This document shows positions 62,717-64,000 of a stretch of DNA of 64,000 nt, piece after piece. Position 1 is the first letter of the stretch; each line of letters begins with the position of its first letter. The notes beneath the pieces are model-generated. The model was not told the origin of the DNA and did not search any database. It worked only from the letters and a program-made list of their open reading frames with translations. The translations under genes and the position numbers were made by a program. Location: the IMG/VR virus record IMGVR_UViG_3300038393_001263, positions 1 to 64,000 of that record. One strand, written 5' to 3'. Source of the stretch: a virus. Its lineage: Duplodnaviria > Caudoviricetes.

Positions 62717-63316
62717 ATGGAATCCAAATCGAATTCACAAATCAACGGATTGGATAGCCGATGCAGGGTTTGTGGGGTGCCAACAACGCCATTATCAAGG
62801 ACCAGGCCGAGAGCTTTCTGCTCTCGTGAATGCGATCGCGCCTGGAGATCGCAGTCTTTCAGAGGGAACAAACATCGCGTTGGGTTGAAGCCGGCACACT
62901 CATTTCCCAAGGGCAATGAGCCTTGGAATAAAGGCATGAAAGGAGTTCATTTTAGCCCGGAAACAGAATTCAAGCCTGGTCATTCCGGAACACGAACTTG
63001 TGATCTTGGCACAGTGACCATCCGCAAGGACAAAAGCGGAAACCCTCGGGCCTGGGTCAAAGTTTCAACGCCTGATGTCTGGGTTCCGCGAGCCGTTCTG
63101 AATTGGATCGCCTCTGGAAACTCAATTCCTTCTGGATGTGTTGTTCACCACGACAATCGCGACACCTTGGATGACAGCCTGTCGAACCTGCGGTGTGGCG
63201 ATAGAGCTTCGCATCTCGAAGAACATCGAGAGGAACATATGGCGATCAAATTAGCCAAACGGCAGGCCGCCGAAGAGGTCCAATCTTCCGACCTGCCGTT
63301 GCCGCTGTTTGATTGA
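62717..63316 (+). CDS. NUMOD3-like/HNH homing endonuclease with N-terminal Zn finger
   Basis: CRVC..FCSREC; FPKGNEPWNKG; FKPGH; HHDNRDTLDDSLSNL; lower GC. Confidence 0.82.
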   Translation: MESKSNSQINGLDSRCRVCGVPTTPLSRTRPRAFCSRECDRAWRSQSFRGNKHRVGLKPAHSFPKGNEPWNKGMKGVHFSPETEFKPGHSGTRTCDLGTVTIRKDKSGNPRAWVKVSTPDVWVPRAVLNWIASGNSIPSGCVVHHDNRDTLDDSLSNLRCGDRASHLEEHREEHMAIKLAKRQAAEEVQSSDLPLPLFD

Positions 63317-63423
63317 CACCACGGAGGAGCATCTTGAGCGACGATTCAGAACGAATCCTGTCCGACGAAGAGATCCGGCGTATGTTCATGCTGCTGTTGA
63401 TCCAGCGCGAGGTCAAAAAAGAG

Positions 63424-64000
63424 TTAGACCTCCTTCGGACCAAGAATCACGATCCTCAGCCAATCGATGGCGTCGGCGAACTCGGCGTCGGACGGGATGA
63501 CGTACGCCTGCTTGGCGATCGTGTCGGGAGCGTGGGCTAGGAAGTAGTCCGTGTAGAACTTGTACTGAGGATGGGTCGCCAGGATCGTCGCCGCCGTCTT
63601 CCGCAGGTGCATCATCGGCAGCCTCGCCTTTCCCATGCGCGTCCACGCCATCTGGATCGAATCGCTTCGGCAAAGTTTCTCGCCCTCCATGTCGTACTTT
63701 ACTAGGGGCGTCCCGCGATTCGTGGTCAGCGTCAGTTCCCCGTCCGATCGATACCTTTTCAGTAGTTCCAGGGTCTCGGGCCAGAGTTTGTAGGTGACGA
63801 CGGGGCTCCCTGTGTCTTTGGTCTTGGACCGCGCCCGCGTGATCGTCCCCTTCCTCCAGTCGATCTCGTCGTTGCGAAGGTCCGCCACGTCGCTCTGATA
63901 GAAACCAGCCTGGATCATGAGGAGCAGGTAAAGCCTCATGCGTCCAGTCGCGCGATCAAGGATCTCCCGTACCTCATCGATCGTGAAGACCTCGATCTTG
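63424..64000 (-). CDS. int: Tyrosine recombinase/integrase, catalytic domain (5'-truncated by the window edge)
   Basis: FTIDEVREIL, R.KT, HLRKTAAT (HxxR), FLAH and terminal Tyr in AKQAYV. Confidence 0.88.
   Translation of the reverse strand, partial: KIEVFTIDEVREILDRATGRMRLYLLLMIQAGFYQSDVADLRNDEIDWRKGTITRARSKTKDTGSPVVTYKLWPETLELLKRYRSDGELTLTTNRGTPLVKYDMEGEKLCRSDSIQMAWTRMGKARLPMMHLRKTAATILATHPQYKFYTDYFLAHAPDTIAKQAYVIPSDAEFADAIDWLRIVILGPKEV

Noticed and set aside
63313-63540. Small plus-strand ORF and possible att site next to the integrase 3' end
   Set aside because: The ORF overlaps the integrase antisense by more than 100 nt and has no motif despite a GGAGGAG. No att core repeat or host boundary can be identified within the window.
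1-64000. Self-targets of the 13 guides within the window
   Set aside because: Spot checks of promoter regions and a few proteins by eye found none. An exhaustive gapped search was not possible, so nothing is claimed either way.

Overview
The whole window reads as one high-GC temperate tailed phage or prophage with siphovirus-like gene order. No host housekeeping flank is visible and both ends are cut inside phage genes. The host is inferred to be Planctomycetota, from a planctomycete-type export motif at 20525 and a non-canonical GFYQSD integrase box. Modules in order: early genes with dnaN, ssb and an Acb2/Tad1-like gene (1-11020); lysis-like cassette with a papain-like peptidase (12287-15307); packaging with a two-ORF TerL and a solo IS200/IS605 tnpB (15312-18808); head genes with two tandem HK97-fold capsid genes (20784-28477); glycosylation cassette (29287-32612); neck and tail (33641-47508); regulation, recombination and replication (50604-60866); DNA methyltransferase, homing endonucleases and a 5'-truncated tyrosine integrase (60863-64000). 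The standout is 3320-6102. It holds 13 non-coding units of about 100-145 nt. Each unit is an in-phase tract of 9-14 or more GGY-NN pentamers followed by a conserved two-hairpin scaffold. The units form arrays of 6 and 7 flanking a possible DNA-binding gene and a Cas7/RAMP-like gene, with no cas1, cas2 or nuclease. I infer a phage-encoded RNA-guided system whose guide information lies in the variable NN dinucleotides. It matches my recollection of recently reported VIPR-type systems, which I cannot verify here. All family assignments are by-eye motif recognition, not database hits.
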